From assembly GCA_951804945.1 (NCBI GenBank), contig OX638150.1, positions 40,052,001 through 40,116,000 of the forward strand: a stretch of DNA of 64,000 nt. Reading direction: 5' to 3'. Positions 1 through 12,890 of the stretch are shown here, in pieces. Positions within the stretch are counted from its first letter, which is position 1, and the number at the start of each line of letters is the position of its first letter. Position numbers and translations under genes: made by a program. Source of the DNA: Podarcis cretensis (Eukaryota). The notes under the pieces were generated by a model. It had not been told where the DNA came from, searched no databases, and saw only the letters and a program-made list of their open reading frames with translations.

Positions 1-466
1 AACATTGCTTTAGTGTTTGCCTTTATTGTCATGAGACTTTTTACTGTGACAATTAAAAATGAAGTTTTATGGTTGTCTTATATCATAGTTGTAGTTTTTA
101 AGATCTGTAATAAACACACACATTGCAGCTGGTGCAAAAACCAGAAATGTTCTCCTGATGTGAATGTTCAACTCTGGTGCTATTTTAATGGGCAATACCT
201 ACTTTTAAGTAAATATTCCATTTTGTTGATGCTTGTCTAGTTATAAACAGTTTTATAGCCAATGGCAGTAGGAGTGGAAAAGATTAGCTTGATCGGTTGT
301 TTGAAAGGAAACACTGAATGACTTCCCCTTGGATTTTGCAAGGATTTTTTGTTTTATGCTCTGTTTTCATTTGCATCTTTTCCTGCTGATGAAACTGAGA
401 ATTTGTAATAGTTTTCAATCTAATCTCTATTGTAAGTAAATTCAGACTTTCCCCCCTTGCTTGTAG

Positions 467-590
467 GTCTTTTTCCAGCACCTTCAAGACAAAAGCCATG
501 CAGCAAATGCCATGCAAGTTTGCTTGTTTCTTTAGGGTCACCAAAGTAAGAGGAGTTACATTTCAACAGTTAAATTTCATCAAGCGAATG
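467..590 (+). CDS. COX10: COX10 coding exon 2 (mitochondrial targeting / N-terminal region)
   Basis: Polypyrimidine tract plus TAG acceptor (ctttccccccttgcttgtag, ends 466); donor ATG|gtaagt at 590/591. Translation SFSSTFKTKAMQQMPCKFACFFRVTKVRGVTFQQLNFIKRM resembles human ...KQWITFQHFSFLKRM, which also ends its exon at M in phase 0. The 3' end is firm; the 5' end is less certain (alternative AGs end at 445 and 478). Confidence 0.8.
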
Positions 591-1173
591 GTAAGTTGGT
601 GTAATACTGTGTAGTGCTACAAAAGGCAGTGAAAATCAAGACTCTGCATTCATTGTACTGTATAGATTTCTCGCATAATAGTATTCATTACTTACAAAGG
701 GAAAACAAAGACTATTCCATGAAACTTCTTGAAGGGAAAATACATAAATAATGTGATTATAGCAGTGATGTGAGGTGAAGCTTTTTCTATAAATATCCGG
801 TGTTAGTCATACACAGAATAGACTGATTAAAATCAGTGCACTTAAATCCACTGATTTCATTGTGTCTACTCTTGAGTTTGCTTTAGTTGCATATCAGTGA
901 CAAAGAACTTTCATTGCTGAAACAGCATAAACAGTTTACAGCTCAAATTAAAACTACTCTCTAGGCCACAATAGCTCAAGAGAGGTTTTCACCTTTCTGT
1001 ATATTTGGGATAATGTGACCTATGTATCCAAGCAATGTGATAGAAACTGCATAATCTAAAACTTTTGAGAATCTGAATTAAATTTGTAGATACTTACATA
1101 GCTTCATAGGCCCACAGAATCTATAATAAAAAGTAGTTTATTTTATTTTACAAATTTATATTGTTTTTTTCAG

Positions 1174-1498
1174 TATGTAACACAGCATAGCAAAGCCCTC
1201 AGCCAGCGAGCAAAGTTGAAGTCAGAATCAACTGCACCTCCTTTCCTTGAAGGCCAGCATTCAGGTCAGGAAAAAACGGTTATCCATGAGGTCAGATCGG
1301 TTTCACCTCTTTTGCCACCTTTATCTGAGAAGCGAGTTATTGATGAATCTGAAGCACTGAAGTCCACAGTAATCGCCGGAGGCACAGGAACTGTAGTAGG
1401 ACCTGCATCCAAGGAAGAAAAACAATGGAAAGAGATGAAACTAGAGCTGGATGATTTACCAGGCATTTTGGCTCGTTTGTCCAAAATCAAACTTACAG
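1174..1498 (+). CDS. COX10: COX10 coding exon 3
   Basis: ttgtttttttcag acceptor, phase 0 start. Translation YVTQHSKALSQRAKLKSESTAPPFLE...[29 protein letters not shown] matches human YVTQLN...[29 protein letters not shown]. Donor ACAG|gtaat; 325 bp, phase 1 end. Confidence 0.96.
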
Positions 1499-2919
1499 GT
1501 AATATTGTTATTCTTTCAGAGATGTAGCTTATTGCAATATATATATGTGCATGCTTCTCCTATTCTTGTTGTAAAAGTAAGGGCTGCAAAGTTTAATGGC
1601 ATTACTCTAAAATATGCATGTTTGGGATGTGCCATGTAGCCAGGCTTTGAAAGGTGAGTTCAATTGAGGGTGACTCAATTGAAGAAGATGGAGACATGTA
1701 CTATAAAGCAGTTGTACTCTGATATGAGGAGTTCTTCCTTTATTACCTGTTTGAGCTGCCTTTTTTACATCCTGAGTTGGAGTGGAGCAGAGATTTCTAT
1801 TTGTGTGCTTGTACCTGGAATTATCAAGCAGAGTGTGTTCAAGGGTTTAGAGAAGAAATTAGAAAACCCAAGTTTAATATGCCCTTCCATCTTTGTGCAA
1901 GCAACAGACAGCTAAGTCCCCCTTCTCCAGTGTTCCCTTAAACAAAGTGATGTGGAGAGAGAGAGTTCTATGCTATGTGCTTTCTAGCATGAGTGGATTT
2001 ATATACTGCTGCTGGTGTGCAGTAATGGGCAGTTATATTCCATCGTGGCTCCGAAAATGGCGTGGGAGAAAGGGGGAATTCTTTTTGGCTCTCTGCAGAG
2101 CTCTTTAAGAGTGCATTAATTTAAAACACCTTTCTTGCTGGTTCATTGTTTTGTTTCTGAGTGAATAAGATTTGGGTGAGCATGTGACTCTAAATCCTAT
2201 TATTTAGTTATAAACCACTGCATCATCAAGATATATCACAGTGGTTTACAGTATAAAAACAAAAATCCAAACAATAAAATTATAAAATGTTAAAAAGAAA
2301 TTAAGAGCAAAAAGAAATTAAAACTTCCCTGCCTGACCTTTGATGGTGCCCATTTTTTTGCCCTTGCACCTGTTCTGGATAGGTATAACCAGGGTACTAC
2401 AGCATGGTAATATACCTGATGTTGGTGTAACCTTCAGCTGTGCAGGCACAAGGGAACTTAGTTTGTATCCATTGCTTGTGCTGCCAGCATAAGTCATATC
2501 TTTCTTTGTGGAGTTTAACCTTGATTAAACAAACCTAAAGTTTCAGTACCTTAAGCTGAGACTGTCTCAGGCCAAGTAATTGTGTAAGCAATCTATCTGT
2601 TAATACAAAATCAAAGCACTGTATCCAGTGGTCACACAAGTAGATGGCAACTCACAACCAATCTTTCTCTTACTTGTTTCCCCTTGCAAAACCTCTTTGG
2701 AAGGTTGGGAGGGCCTTTGCTAAAGAGTATGTAAGAGGCTGAAGGGAAGTAATCACCTCAAATCAGGCAGGGAAGCTTGGCACAACCCAAAATAAGCATA
2801 AATGAGAACCCATATTTGCAGCGGTTGTGTGGGTTGAATTTTAGAACTAAATATACTTGCTACACATAGTGGATGATGATCGTAGATGCTAATAATGTGC
2901 CTCACATGGGTCAAGTAGG

Positions 2920-3135
2920 CTATTACAATTTTAATTCATTGATTAATTTAAATAAAATACCGCCCTTCATCCAAATATCACAGGGCAGTTTACAACACAA
3001 AAAACAAAATGCAAAACATGACAATAACAGAAATAAATACACTTGCCCCCCCAACACCATTAAAAGGCCATATATTGTTTTAATACCCAGTGGCCTGGTT
3101 GAAGAGGAAGGTTTTCCCCTGGTGCCTAAGGACAA
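2920..3135 (-). mobile_element. L2-type LINE 3' end fragment
   Basis: 'aaaataccgcccttcatccaaatatcacagggcagtttacaa' tail motif followed by 'ggcctggttgaagaggaaggttttcccctggtgcctaagg', similar to the copy at ~12.4 kb. Boundaries approximate. Confidence 0.55.
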
Positions 3136-5935
3136 GTGAACATTCAAAAGAAGTAATTGTTTTGAAGCTTGGGAATATTGTGTGTTCACTTTTAAGGAAT
3201 TTGGGTTATTTATACCAAGTACTGTAAAGTCTGAATAGAGAACAAGCATTGTCTTATATTTTGCTTCATTGATAGAATGCTTCTTTATTTAATTGAGTTA
3301 CTGAGAGCAGAAATTAGTTCTTAAACATTTAAATCTTCTAGACGTTTTAATAAAAAACTCATTATCTTATTTCGTTCCCTAATACTGGTTACAAAACGTT
3401 TGGTTTTCTAGGCGGCTCTAATTTTAGTTGTTGTTCTCCTACCAAGAATACACATATAGTACTCCTAGACTTTGCAGTGGTGCACATTCCACTAAAGGTA
3501 TTCCATAGATTTTACAGATTCTTGATAGGTACTATATTGTAGTTTCATAAAGAATTGTTTTTCTTGATGCACAGAGGAAGCAAAATAAAAGAGATCGCAC
3601 TTCAGCTTCTCTTCCTCCAAAAGTTCCCTGATATAACATAGCATCACAATCTGCTTTATTTTAAGGGCTCCTGCTTAGTTTCTGCAAGAAGTGTTACGAA
3701 CATTTGTTTCAAATTACTGTTAAATGCAAGAATGCTTTAAGTACTTAGCCTCTTTTTAATGTTCATGCTGTAACCTCTAATGAAACTTATATAACTACTC
3801 CAAACAAATCTAGGCTTACTAAGTAAACAAATTGGTGAGTCTCCTACCACTAGCGTTACTCTTATATTTAGTGTTTCAGTGAACAAAGTGTGAGAATGTA
3901 AGGAGAAAAACATTCATGCCAAGCGCTTTAGGAGAATGGTAGCTTTCCTTGGGGAAATATTAAAACCTGCAGTAATATGATCAAATTCCTCCCCCACAAA
4001 TTAAATAAGAAACACACCTTTTTCTCCAGCTTAGTTTTAGCATAGAAGTTTAGCGTAGGGATTTCATTTTAAAAGCTCAAATGAAAAAGGCTGGGATTAA
4101 AATTTAATTTTCTATATTTTAAATGTTCTAAGAGTTTGGGTTTTTATTTTATTGCCACTATTGGAAAGTCATAAGCAACCTTGAGATGGGCATATATGGA
4201 TATATTTTTTTAGCGTACAGTATATGGCAAACTAGTAGAATGTGAGTATGTTTGTTTAAAAAAAAATCACGTTTAACTTTAGCTGTCAATGTGCAATCTG
4301 TAGACTCTTTTCCTTTAAAGTTTGGAGTCTATGGGAAAGGTGTAACCACTTTTACATCTAGATGTAGCTGCTTTTTGCAGGTTTTGGCTGTGTGACCAAG
4401 TTCCCCAAGCACTCCTGAAGTTGCCACCCATTAGCTGATGGGTGGTGACTTCAGTCCTTCTTGCTGCAGGGATCAACTTCCTCAAGGGGAACCTGATTGC
4501 ACAGGCAATCCAGCCATGTCTCTAGCTGCCCCACCCTATCCTTAGGGTATGGATAGGTACATATGGAAGGATGCAAGCTGTTTTAAGATGTCATGGGTCA
4601 AAACCAGGACCTCTACCTGGGCTCAGCAATGAAGCTAATGCACTTAAGGGAGGACTGAGAAAGAATTAAAGAATTCTGAACCAATGATTTTGTTTTGAAT
4701 ACAATAACTGAACTGAGATCACAGTTCTTCATACAAAATTAACTTCTGCCCCAACTCCAATTTTCATTTGAGCAGTAAAATGTAGGGTTTGCTGGGAAGA
4801 GTCATTTTGTTACCATCAAGCAATGTTAGAAGTTTGAAATCTTTGCTGATCTATTTCAAATCACCCAGAGTTTTACCTCCCCACCCACTCTACTTTATAG
4901 TAGGCAGCTCTAAAAGTTAGAAAGGCATAGATGAAGGTCTCTAGGTCTTGCTTTAGCCAAGGCCCTGATGATGCACTTGACAGCATAAACTTTGTTTTAT
5001 GAGTGTGGGATACTGGGCAAGCTTACAGAAATACCTATTCCAGTTGGATAAATGAGAATGTAGTGCAGCTGCTTTTAATGAGATCCTGATAAGTCGCAAT
5101 GAAATGACTGCCTGAAATTAATCTGGAGAAATCAATGGAGACTTTAATTAGAACACTGGCTACAGTATGTTAGAACTTCTTTGAGGGTCATTGTAATGAT
5201 AATGCCATACAGACAGCTCCCCCTCCCTCCTTCTATAAATGAACTGGTGTTTTGTTAAAATAAATAGATTTTGAGTATTCGCTCTGATATATTTAATTAA
5301 AACTTCTTGTCAGAATTTAAAGGAAGGCATTTACCTTTACTAATGGAAACCCAGTGTTTCTGACAAAACTCAAATAGGAAGGGAGCAAAATATGTCGTTT
5401 GTGATTTTTTTTCTGGCACCACCATTGACTTACCTCTCCGCCTCCATTTTCCTTTATTTAATTTCAGCCTTAATTTTTTCATTATGCTGTTTTTTTAACT
5501 GTCATAAGGCTAGAAGGGTGGGAGAGAGAGCTGAGTAGTGTGATAGTGGTTGCACATGTGACTTTAGCTTCCTGGTTATGGGAATATGCCTAGTTGCTTG
5601 GTGGAAATTGATACTCACCCTAGGCAAGTTGCTAAAGGCCACATGCAGAGAGCATACTACTATGTGCCAACATGGGAACACACCCTCATATTTTTGAGAG
5701 CAGGAGCAGCTTTTTCTATTTCCCCTGTTTTAATCATGAGGCAGGGGGGAGGACACTGTTTTCATGGCAGTATTATCAAAAATAGTAAGGATGACTCAGA
5801 GCTGGAAAACTCAAGTTGTCTGTGAAGAAGTTGTCTTTATAATATTGTAATTGATATGCAGTGGTTCCAGCTGCAAAACTGTAAGTGATATATTTTATTA
5901 ACATGTTGGTACTAAAGTGTGTGTTTGCATTACAG

Positions 5936-6060
5936 CCCTGGTTGTAAGTACTGCCTCAGCTGGATTTGCAATGGCACCTGTACCGTTTGACCTAACATGT
6001 TTCCTGCTTGCCTCCCTTGGAACAGGCCTATCATCCTGTGCTGCTAATTCCATCAACCAG
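5936..6060 (+). CDS. COX10: COX10 coding exon 4 (transmembrane part of the UbiA prenyltransferase domain)
   Basis: tttgcattacag acceptor; 125 bp, phase 1 to phase 0. (A)[41 protein letters not shown] matches human [42 protein letters not shown]. Donor CAG|gttggt. Confidence 0.97.
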
Positions 6061-6559
6061 GTTGGTCCTTCATCATTATCTTGTCTTCACAGCTCAGTGC
6101 TATGAATATACAAAGTTACTCATTTTTGCAATTCCTGTGTGATGATAGATCAAAATATGAACATCAAGCATAACATGTTTATTTGGGAACACGAGTTAAG
6201 ACAGCATTAAAGCCTTGTCAAAGTGGTGTTACTTTTGATGGTATAAAAGCGGCAGTTGGGGTGCAAGCAGTTTTTCTGGCTCCCAAAGACTTCACATATT
6301 TTGGCAGCAGTAGTAAAAATAAACAAAACAGACACAGTGCTGGGTTGGGGGGAACTGAGGAAAATTCAAGTGTACATTCTTGAAACTATGGTTTATTGTT
6401 ATATGAATAAGGTGCTTCTGCCATATAATGGGAGGGAATTTCAAAGGGTAGGTGCTGCCATGCTAAAGGTGCAATTCTGAGATCGTGTGGAATGGACCTT
6501 TGGATAGGTTTGTATCAGCTGGATGCCCTCATGCAGAACATAGTGGTCAGCTGGGTATG

Positions 6560-7120
6560 TAGGGGATGAGATTATCTTTTTGGTACCGTGTTCTCATGCT
6601 GCATAAGGCTTTTTAGTCCAGTACAGCACCTTGAACCTAGCCAGTGCAATTCTTTCAGCAGTGGTGTAATCTGATTGTGATATTCCACCCTACTGAGTGA
6701 TCAAGCTGCCACCTTTTGCACTAGTTGCAGCTCCAAGGGCAGCCCCACATAAGCACATTGCAGTAATCCCATCTGGAGTTATGAGCGCATAGCCAATAGT
6801 GGTTAGGCTATCCCGATACACAAATGGCTGGAGCTGTCTTACCAACCCAAGCTGGTAAAATGCACTCCTAGCCACCAAGGCCTCTAGTGACAGATATAGA
6901 TCCAGAAGTGCTCCCAGATTATGAGCCTGCTCTTTCAGTGAGAGCATGACCCCATCCAAAGCAAGGAGTGGACTAATTTTCTGGACTTGGGAACTACCTA
7001 CCCACAGCAAGTCCATCTTTAGAGGTTGGTTCATTGGCTGTCATTCAACCACTGAATCCAGGCACTGGTCCAGGGCTTGCATGGCCTCTCCTGATTCAGA
7101 TGTTACAGAGAAATAGAACT
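6560..7120 (-). mobile_element. L2-clade LINE ORF2 fragment (degenerate)
   Basis: ORF 6690..7034(-) reads LDGVMLSLKEQAHNLGALLD..SLEA..VARSAFYQLGLVRQLQPF..RDSLTT..ALIT, typical of the post-RT region of L2 ORF2. Frameshifted; boundaries approximate. Confidence 0.8.
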
Positions 7121-7181
7121 GGCTTTTAGTAGTAGTAATACTACTAATCATGTGTATAGGGCAGAGTTCACAGAGCCTTTA

Positions 7182-7423
7182 CAGTGGTACCTCCGATTAT
7201 GAACTTAATTCGTTCTGGAGGTCTTTTCTTAAGCCGAAACCGTTCATAACCCAAGGCACGCTTTCACTAATGGCGCCTCCTGCTGCTGTTGCACTGCCAG
7301 CATGCAACTTCCGCTCGCATCTCGGGGCAAAGTTCGCAACCAGGAGCATCTACTTCCAGTTTAGCGTAGCTCGTAACCCGAAGCGTTTGCAAGGAGGACA
7401 GTACGTAACACAAGGTTCCACTG
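7182..7423. mobile_element. Tc1/mariner (Tigger-like) MITE, copy A
   Basis: TA|CAGTGGTACCTC ... aaggttCCACTG|TA: terminal inverted repeats with TA target duplication. Confidence 0.85.
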
Positions 7424-7425
7424 TA

Positions 7426-7651
7426 AAGTGGTACCTCAGGTTACAGACGCTTCAGGTTACCGACTCCACTAACCCAGAAATAGTACCTCGGGTTAAGAAC
7501 TTTGCTTCAGGATGAGAACAGAAATCGCGCAGCAGCGGCGCGGCGGCAGCAGGAGGCCCCATTAGCTAAAGTGGTGCTTCAGGTTAAGAACAGTTTCAGG
7601 TTAAGAACAGACCTCCAGAACGAATTAAGTTCTTAACCTGAGGTACCACTG
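7426..7651. mobile_element. Tc1/mariner (Tigger-like) MITE, copy B
   Basis: TA|aAGTGGTACCTCAGGTTA ... TAACCTGAGGTACCACTG|TA with internal GGTTAAGAAC subrepeats. Reverse-orientation homolog of 46734-46954. Confidence 0.88.
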
Positions 7652-8088
7652 TATAGTTTTTTAAAAAAGCATATTTCTTATTTTACAAAAGTATATGCAA
7701 TGTCTCTTTTTTCCAGTTGTGTTTTCTACAGATCAGTTTCATTTGTTGTGAGACAGTGTTACATTAGGAAGGAAAGGGGGAAAGAGGTAGAGAGGGAAAT
7801 GGTGAGTGGGGTGGGGTTGGGTGGCAGTGCTTCTATTCTACTTAGTGTATGCGAGCCTTTATAGTTTTTGTGCTTTCCCTCAAAATATACCTGTGGAGTA
7901 GGTTGCTGGTTGTTACTGAGGCTGAGTGACAAATTACTTTTGTGTGATGTTGGCATCACAAAAGAGCCAAACTACACATGACATAATATCAGAATTTGCA
8001 ACTATGGTGATGCAGTATAGATGCAGTAGGTCCTTTTTGCAACAAGGCAGGTGGAGGCAACATCACTGAACAAGTGACAAATACAAAG

Positions 8089-8230
8089 TCATAGAATCGT
8101 AGAGTTGGAAGAGACACTGAGCATCATCTAGTCCAGCCCCCTGCCATGCAGGAATATGCAGTTGTCCCATACAGGGATTGAACCTGCAACCTTGGCATTA
8201 TCGGCACCACATTCTAACAAGCTGAGCTCC
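8089..8230 (-). mobile_element. tRNA-derived SINE with CR1-type 3' tail
   Basis: Minus strand: GAGCTCAGCTTGTTAGA (A box) ... GGTTGCAGGTTCAATCCC (B box), then ...TTCCAACTCTACGATTCTATGA, the CR1 3' terminal motif. Confidence 0.85.
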
Positions 8231-9179
8231 ACCAAAGTCTTGAACCAAAAGGCTTGTTGAGCTACAAGATTTGTATATGTGTAATATAATGCACCACCCT
8301 CAAGTCCGGGGGGTGGGGTAGAATAGGAAAGAAATCCCAATGATTAATTGCCCATTTCTGTTTTATTAAACAAGTGGGGGGGGGATGGAAATCCCCCCCT
8401 GTGATGTGATCCTGGAGGCAAATTATGTTTTCCTCAGTCTCAGTCGCTTTACCTAACCTGCTTTTACTTTAGTTCAATACCCATTTTAGGGTTGTAAACC
8501 TGTTTTCTGATCTCCTTATGAAAACTGAAAATCAAGCTTTTATAGTGTCAGATCTTTATGTAGAAAGAATATCTTTTTTTGGAGTTCAGAGATTGATTTA
8601 TGGCACTGCCATGCAGATAAAACGTGTAGTGTTGTTTACAACAAAACGTACAACATTGAAATATTGAAAGATTGCATGTTCCTCTTAGAAGTCAAGTGCA
8701 TTCTTCTGAGACTGTGGAATGGTTCAAAGTGGAAGAAGATTGTAAAGATGAAAGCAGGATGTTTAAAATGGTTTGAATTTAGTAGTTGAAAGATAAACTG
8801 CTATGGTTAGGTTTGAGTGATAGTACCTTGAGAAAGAAGCAGATGGAATTGCATATCTTGTATAGAACTTCTAAAACTTACAGTGGAAATTAAAGAAAAC
8901 AACGCACAGGGAAAGAGAACAAATCAAAAGTGATGATATGCTAACCCCTTCTGATTTGTGGGGGGCAGGAAGGGGAATGTTTGCCTCAGATAATTGTATT
9001 GCACATCTGCAATAGCTGTACTTCTGGCATTTGATGTAAAATGCTTGCTAATTTTTGTTTTTATAAACATTTCTTAAAATTAATAAAGAAAAGCCAGAAG
9101 ATGGGTGGTTGTGCCTAGCCTAGCTCTCTATGCACTGGCAGCACTAAAATGCATTGTACCTGGGCTTCCCTTTGAGGAC

Positions 9180-9491
9180 CAGTGGGTTTTCAGCTGGAAC
9201 CCACTGGAACTGAGTTCTAGCACCTCTTAGTTGTGTTCCGGCAGCTCTGCAGTGTGGCGGTCTCACTCCCCTGCACAGCGCTCAGGGCTGCGCAACAGGG
9301 GTGGTGGGTGGCAGGGCGATTTCAGTGATGCGATGGCGGTGTAGGTTGGTGGCAAAAGTTTTAAATTTTTCCCTGCGGCTTTGGGTCAAGCAGGTGCTCC
9401 CCCTAAAGAAAGCTCAACTACTTTGGGTGGGTGCTCCCCCTAAAAAAAAGGAGAGCTCTGGAACCTCATTTTCTATTTAAAAAAAGCCCTG
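9180..9491. mobile_element. hAT-type non-autonomous DNA transposon
   Basis: Ends CAGTGGGTTTT ... AAAAAAGCCCTG; 8-bp TSD ttgaggac/ttgcggac (7/8); internal GAGTTCTAGCACCTC motif shared with 31562-31676. Confidence 0.7.
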
Positions 9492-10731
9492 TTGCGGACC
9501 ATTTGGAAACTACAATTAGTGCAAAACACAGGAAAATATTTATTAGGCAGAAATGGATATTTTCCAGTTTTGAAACAATACCTCAGATTCCATTTCATTT
9601 ATCACAGTGTTGGTTTTGATCTAGATGTAACCCTAGATGTAGGCTTCCACATTTTGATCACCATGACAACTGTGCCATTTACCTCTAGTGAGCATGATGA
9701 GCCCCAGTTATACTCTAATCGTGATGCTGCAGAGGTGTGCAGGGTTCATCCTGGAGGTTGTGCAGCCATCTTAGTTCCAACTTTGGCAGGGCAGCTGGAG
9801 ATGGTTTGCTGAGACACCATACAGGGCCAAAGTGGCGCTCGTTCCAATTCCCTGCTCTGGAGCACTTCCTTAGCCAAACTGGTAAGCTCCATGCATCTCT
9901 TTCCTACAGGAAAGGGTGGTGGTGGTGTTCTTGGCTACTGTGGTGTTGAGCTCTTGACATTTGTTTCATTCTATAGTTTAATTTTGTTTTTTGCCGTCTG
10001 TTAGGTTAGCTTCAGTTGAAGGACAGTGATTCTTATGCCTGCATACATGTGAAAATGCTATGTAAGATTTTTCCTATGTTTACACTGGGCAAAATACAAG
10101 TGCAGACTTGGAGCAGGCCCATTGAAGTCATTGGACTGAAGTCCATTAATCGTGAAATGGATCTGTTCTGTTTATCTGTTCAGTTTATTCTCAACTGCAG
10201 ATGACCAGGTTAGGAATGAATACCAGGATTTTAATATTTTGACATGTTGAGTCTTCCTGGACTTCACCTAGTTGAAGCTTAGAAAGACAAAGGGAGGCTA
10301 TTCAGTTAGTGGTGCTTGTTCTTGGTTTTGCCTCTGGCCACCTGCCAGACCAGAGAGAAAGAGATCTGAGTTATGTGGGCGCATGGTGTGGTTTTGGTTT
10401 CCTGCGGGAGGGGTGCCAGCAAAGCAAGAAACCAGTGAAAATTGATGGGGCTTCCTGTTAGTCACAAGCCTTATCAGTCCATACCGGCTGGAGTGTTGGA
10501 ATGCACAATCCACACAGCTAACCACATTGTATTAATTAGGAGGGAGCAGGTCAGCTCACTGCCTTCTGTCTTCAACAGAACGTGGAAGGAGCATGTTCTT
10601 CACTGCCTTTGCTTCCTTTGGAAGGAGGGGAAAAAGCTTTAAGACAAGGTTTGAACAACCACAAACATCTGAATACTGGATTCATTTAGTTTAGAGAAAC
10701 TCTTCTGTGAGCTTCTGAGCAATGTGCTGTG

Positions 10732-10732
<1 letters not shown>

Positions 10733-10768
<36 letters not shown>
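10733..10768. repeat. (CA)n microsatellite
   Basis: Directly visible run. Confidence 0.95.
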
Positions 10769-10772
<4 letters not shown>

Positions 10773-12269
10773 GGAAGTGCTTTTTCTTCTGTGTATGGCA
10801 TGGTGAGACAACTTGTAGCTGCCTGGAATTTTTTGAAATTAATAGAGAATGGAGAGCCAATGCGCTTGACTTCTGTATAGTTCATTTGAGATTAACACCT
10901 GATGCATCTCTGTCTGTCTTTCTCTGAAGTTTCCTTTTGTTTTGACTGAGCAGACGGCCTGCAGCAGGCAGCGCTTCCTTTCATCTTCCTCTGACGATCA
11001 AAAGATTGCCAAGTGGTGGTTATTAAAACCTGGTGTTTAAGCTCTGGAGTGCAAGGCTGTCAGTGTAGGAGGCAGCCAATGATGTAGTTTACAGTATATA
11101 ATAAATATAGGAGAAGTGCAACACTGGAAGTCTATCTCTGTGCTCAAAAATGTTCTGATATATGCTGCTTTGATATTTTAACTGCTTGGCAACCTTCATT
11201 AGTGGTTACTGTGAGGATCATAAGTTATGGCTAGTCCGATGATTCATAATTGTAACTCCGTTAAATCGGTGAGCATCAAGAAATCCTCAATACTGAAGAT
11301 GAATGGTTTGACCAGTGATGGTATTATTTCATGAGCTGCGAAAATGATGAGCACTTAGAGACCCAACCTCCACAAGTACAATAAATTTTAAATGCAGAGA
11401 TCATCTTTCTAAAGCATAAATTATTTGACCTGTGGCTGAAACTTGATAAAGGATCTTGGGAAGAATGTTATAAATTAGTGGGTGCCGTTGTTAGGAGAGT
11501 GTCTTAGATAATAAGCATAACCAAGGGAGGAGGGAAACCTTTACAAGCATTTGTGTTGTGTGCATGCATTATATTTTGAATTAAATGTCCTGGCAAGGGT
11601 GAAAAAAATAGCTGTAGAAACAAACTGGAGAAAGTAACAAGTTATTTTCCTTTTCACAAATTGTTTCATTTAGTCATGCTTATTTATAAATATGAAGCGT
11701 GTCAATGTTTCATGCTGCTTCTTGTAATCCTGTGAATCCCAGGTATACTTTGGAGACAGCATGGCTGCTGAGAGTTTTGAGTGTGTACTGGCAAACATTT
11801 CTGGTATGAGTCAGGGTGACAAAAGCCTAACTTACCTGCTTCATAACAAAGCACTGTATGCAACAGAGGTGTAAAGTGGGACTGCATCATCTTTTTCTGC
11901 TATTTATATCCACACTGCTGTTTTAACATTGCTTGATAGCGTCTATGTGCACAAAGGGAGATGCATTCCTATATAATTTTAAAAAACAGGCTTTGATAAC
12001 TCACTGCAGAGACCCTCTTAAAATACTGTAGCTGAGAGCAGCCTCCTGCATTAACTTAGAAAGCCCATTGTGCGTGCGCATGGGCGTATACAGGTGATTT
12101 CGTGTTCGCATTACAAAACTTCTAACAAAATTTTGGTTTTGTAAGAAACAATGTAAAGCAAAATTCTCCCCTCATAATAAACATCAATCAGAAGAAGATC
12201 AGAATGCAGCTAATATGGGAACAACTTCCCCTTTTCTTTTGTACAATAATTAATAGAAGATTCCCCTCT

Positions 12270-12890
12270 TTAAATTAAGGATTGTCTGAGACACGTGAAG
12301 ATGGGACATAACAGAAAAGTACAAAATAAGGAGACAAAATACATAATAAAACAAAAACAAACCAATAATCCCCCTTCCACAAGCATATTTTAAATGCCAT
12401 GGAATGTTAATCGGCCAAACGGCTGGTTGAAGAGCAATGTTTTCGCCGGCACCTAAATATATATAATGAAGGCACCAGGCAAGCCCCCCTGGGGAGAGCA
12501 TTCCATTAACAGGGAGCCACCTTCCAAGATGTCTCATCGAGGAGGCACACAAAGAAGGGCCTCTGATGATGATCACAGGGTCTGTGTCAGTTCATATGGG
12601 GAGATGGTGTCCTTGAGGTATTGCAGTCCTGAGTCATTTAAAGCTTTACAGGTCAAAACCAGCACTTTGAATTGGGCCCAGAACTGTCTTCAGAGACAGC
12701 CCTACATATAATGTGTTGCATTAATCTAACCTAGAGGTTTACAGTGCATAGACAACAGAGGCTAGGCTACCCCTGTTCAGATGGGGTACAGAATGGCCAC
12801 CTGCAGAAGCTGATGGAAGGCACTCTGCAGCACTGAGGCCACCAGAGCCTCAAGCGACAGCAAAGGATCCAGAAAGAACCCCAAGCTACA
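12270..12890 (-). mobile_element. L2-clade LINE 3' fragment
   Basis: 'ggcaagccccctggggagagcattccat', 'tttaaagctttacaggtcaaaaccagcactttgaattgggccc' and 'agctgatggaaggcactc' are degenerate L2 ORF2/3' UTR motifs. Boundaries approximate. Confidence 0.7.

Noticed and set aside
1499-1527. Read-through tails of ORFs 1216..1527 and 5917..6105 as coding sequence
   Set aside because: Similarity to COX10 stops exactly at the GT donors (1499 and 6061).
7426-7651. CRISPR-like array suggested by repeated GGTTAAGAAC units
   Set aside because: Eukaryotic intron, irregular spacing, and the units are internal subrepeats of a TIR-bounded MITE.
8150-8230. Functional tRNA gene
   Set aside because: The cloverleaf is degenerate and is fused to a CR1-type tail, so it is a SINE head.
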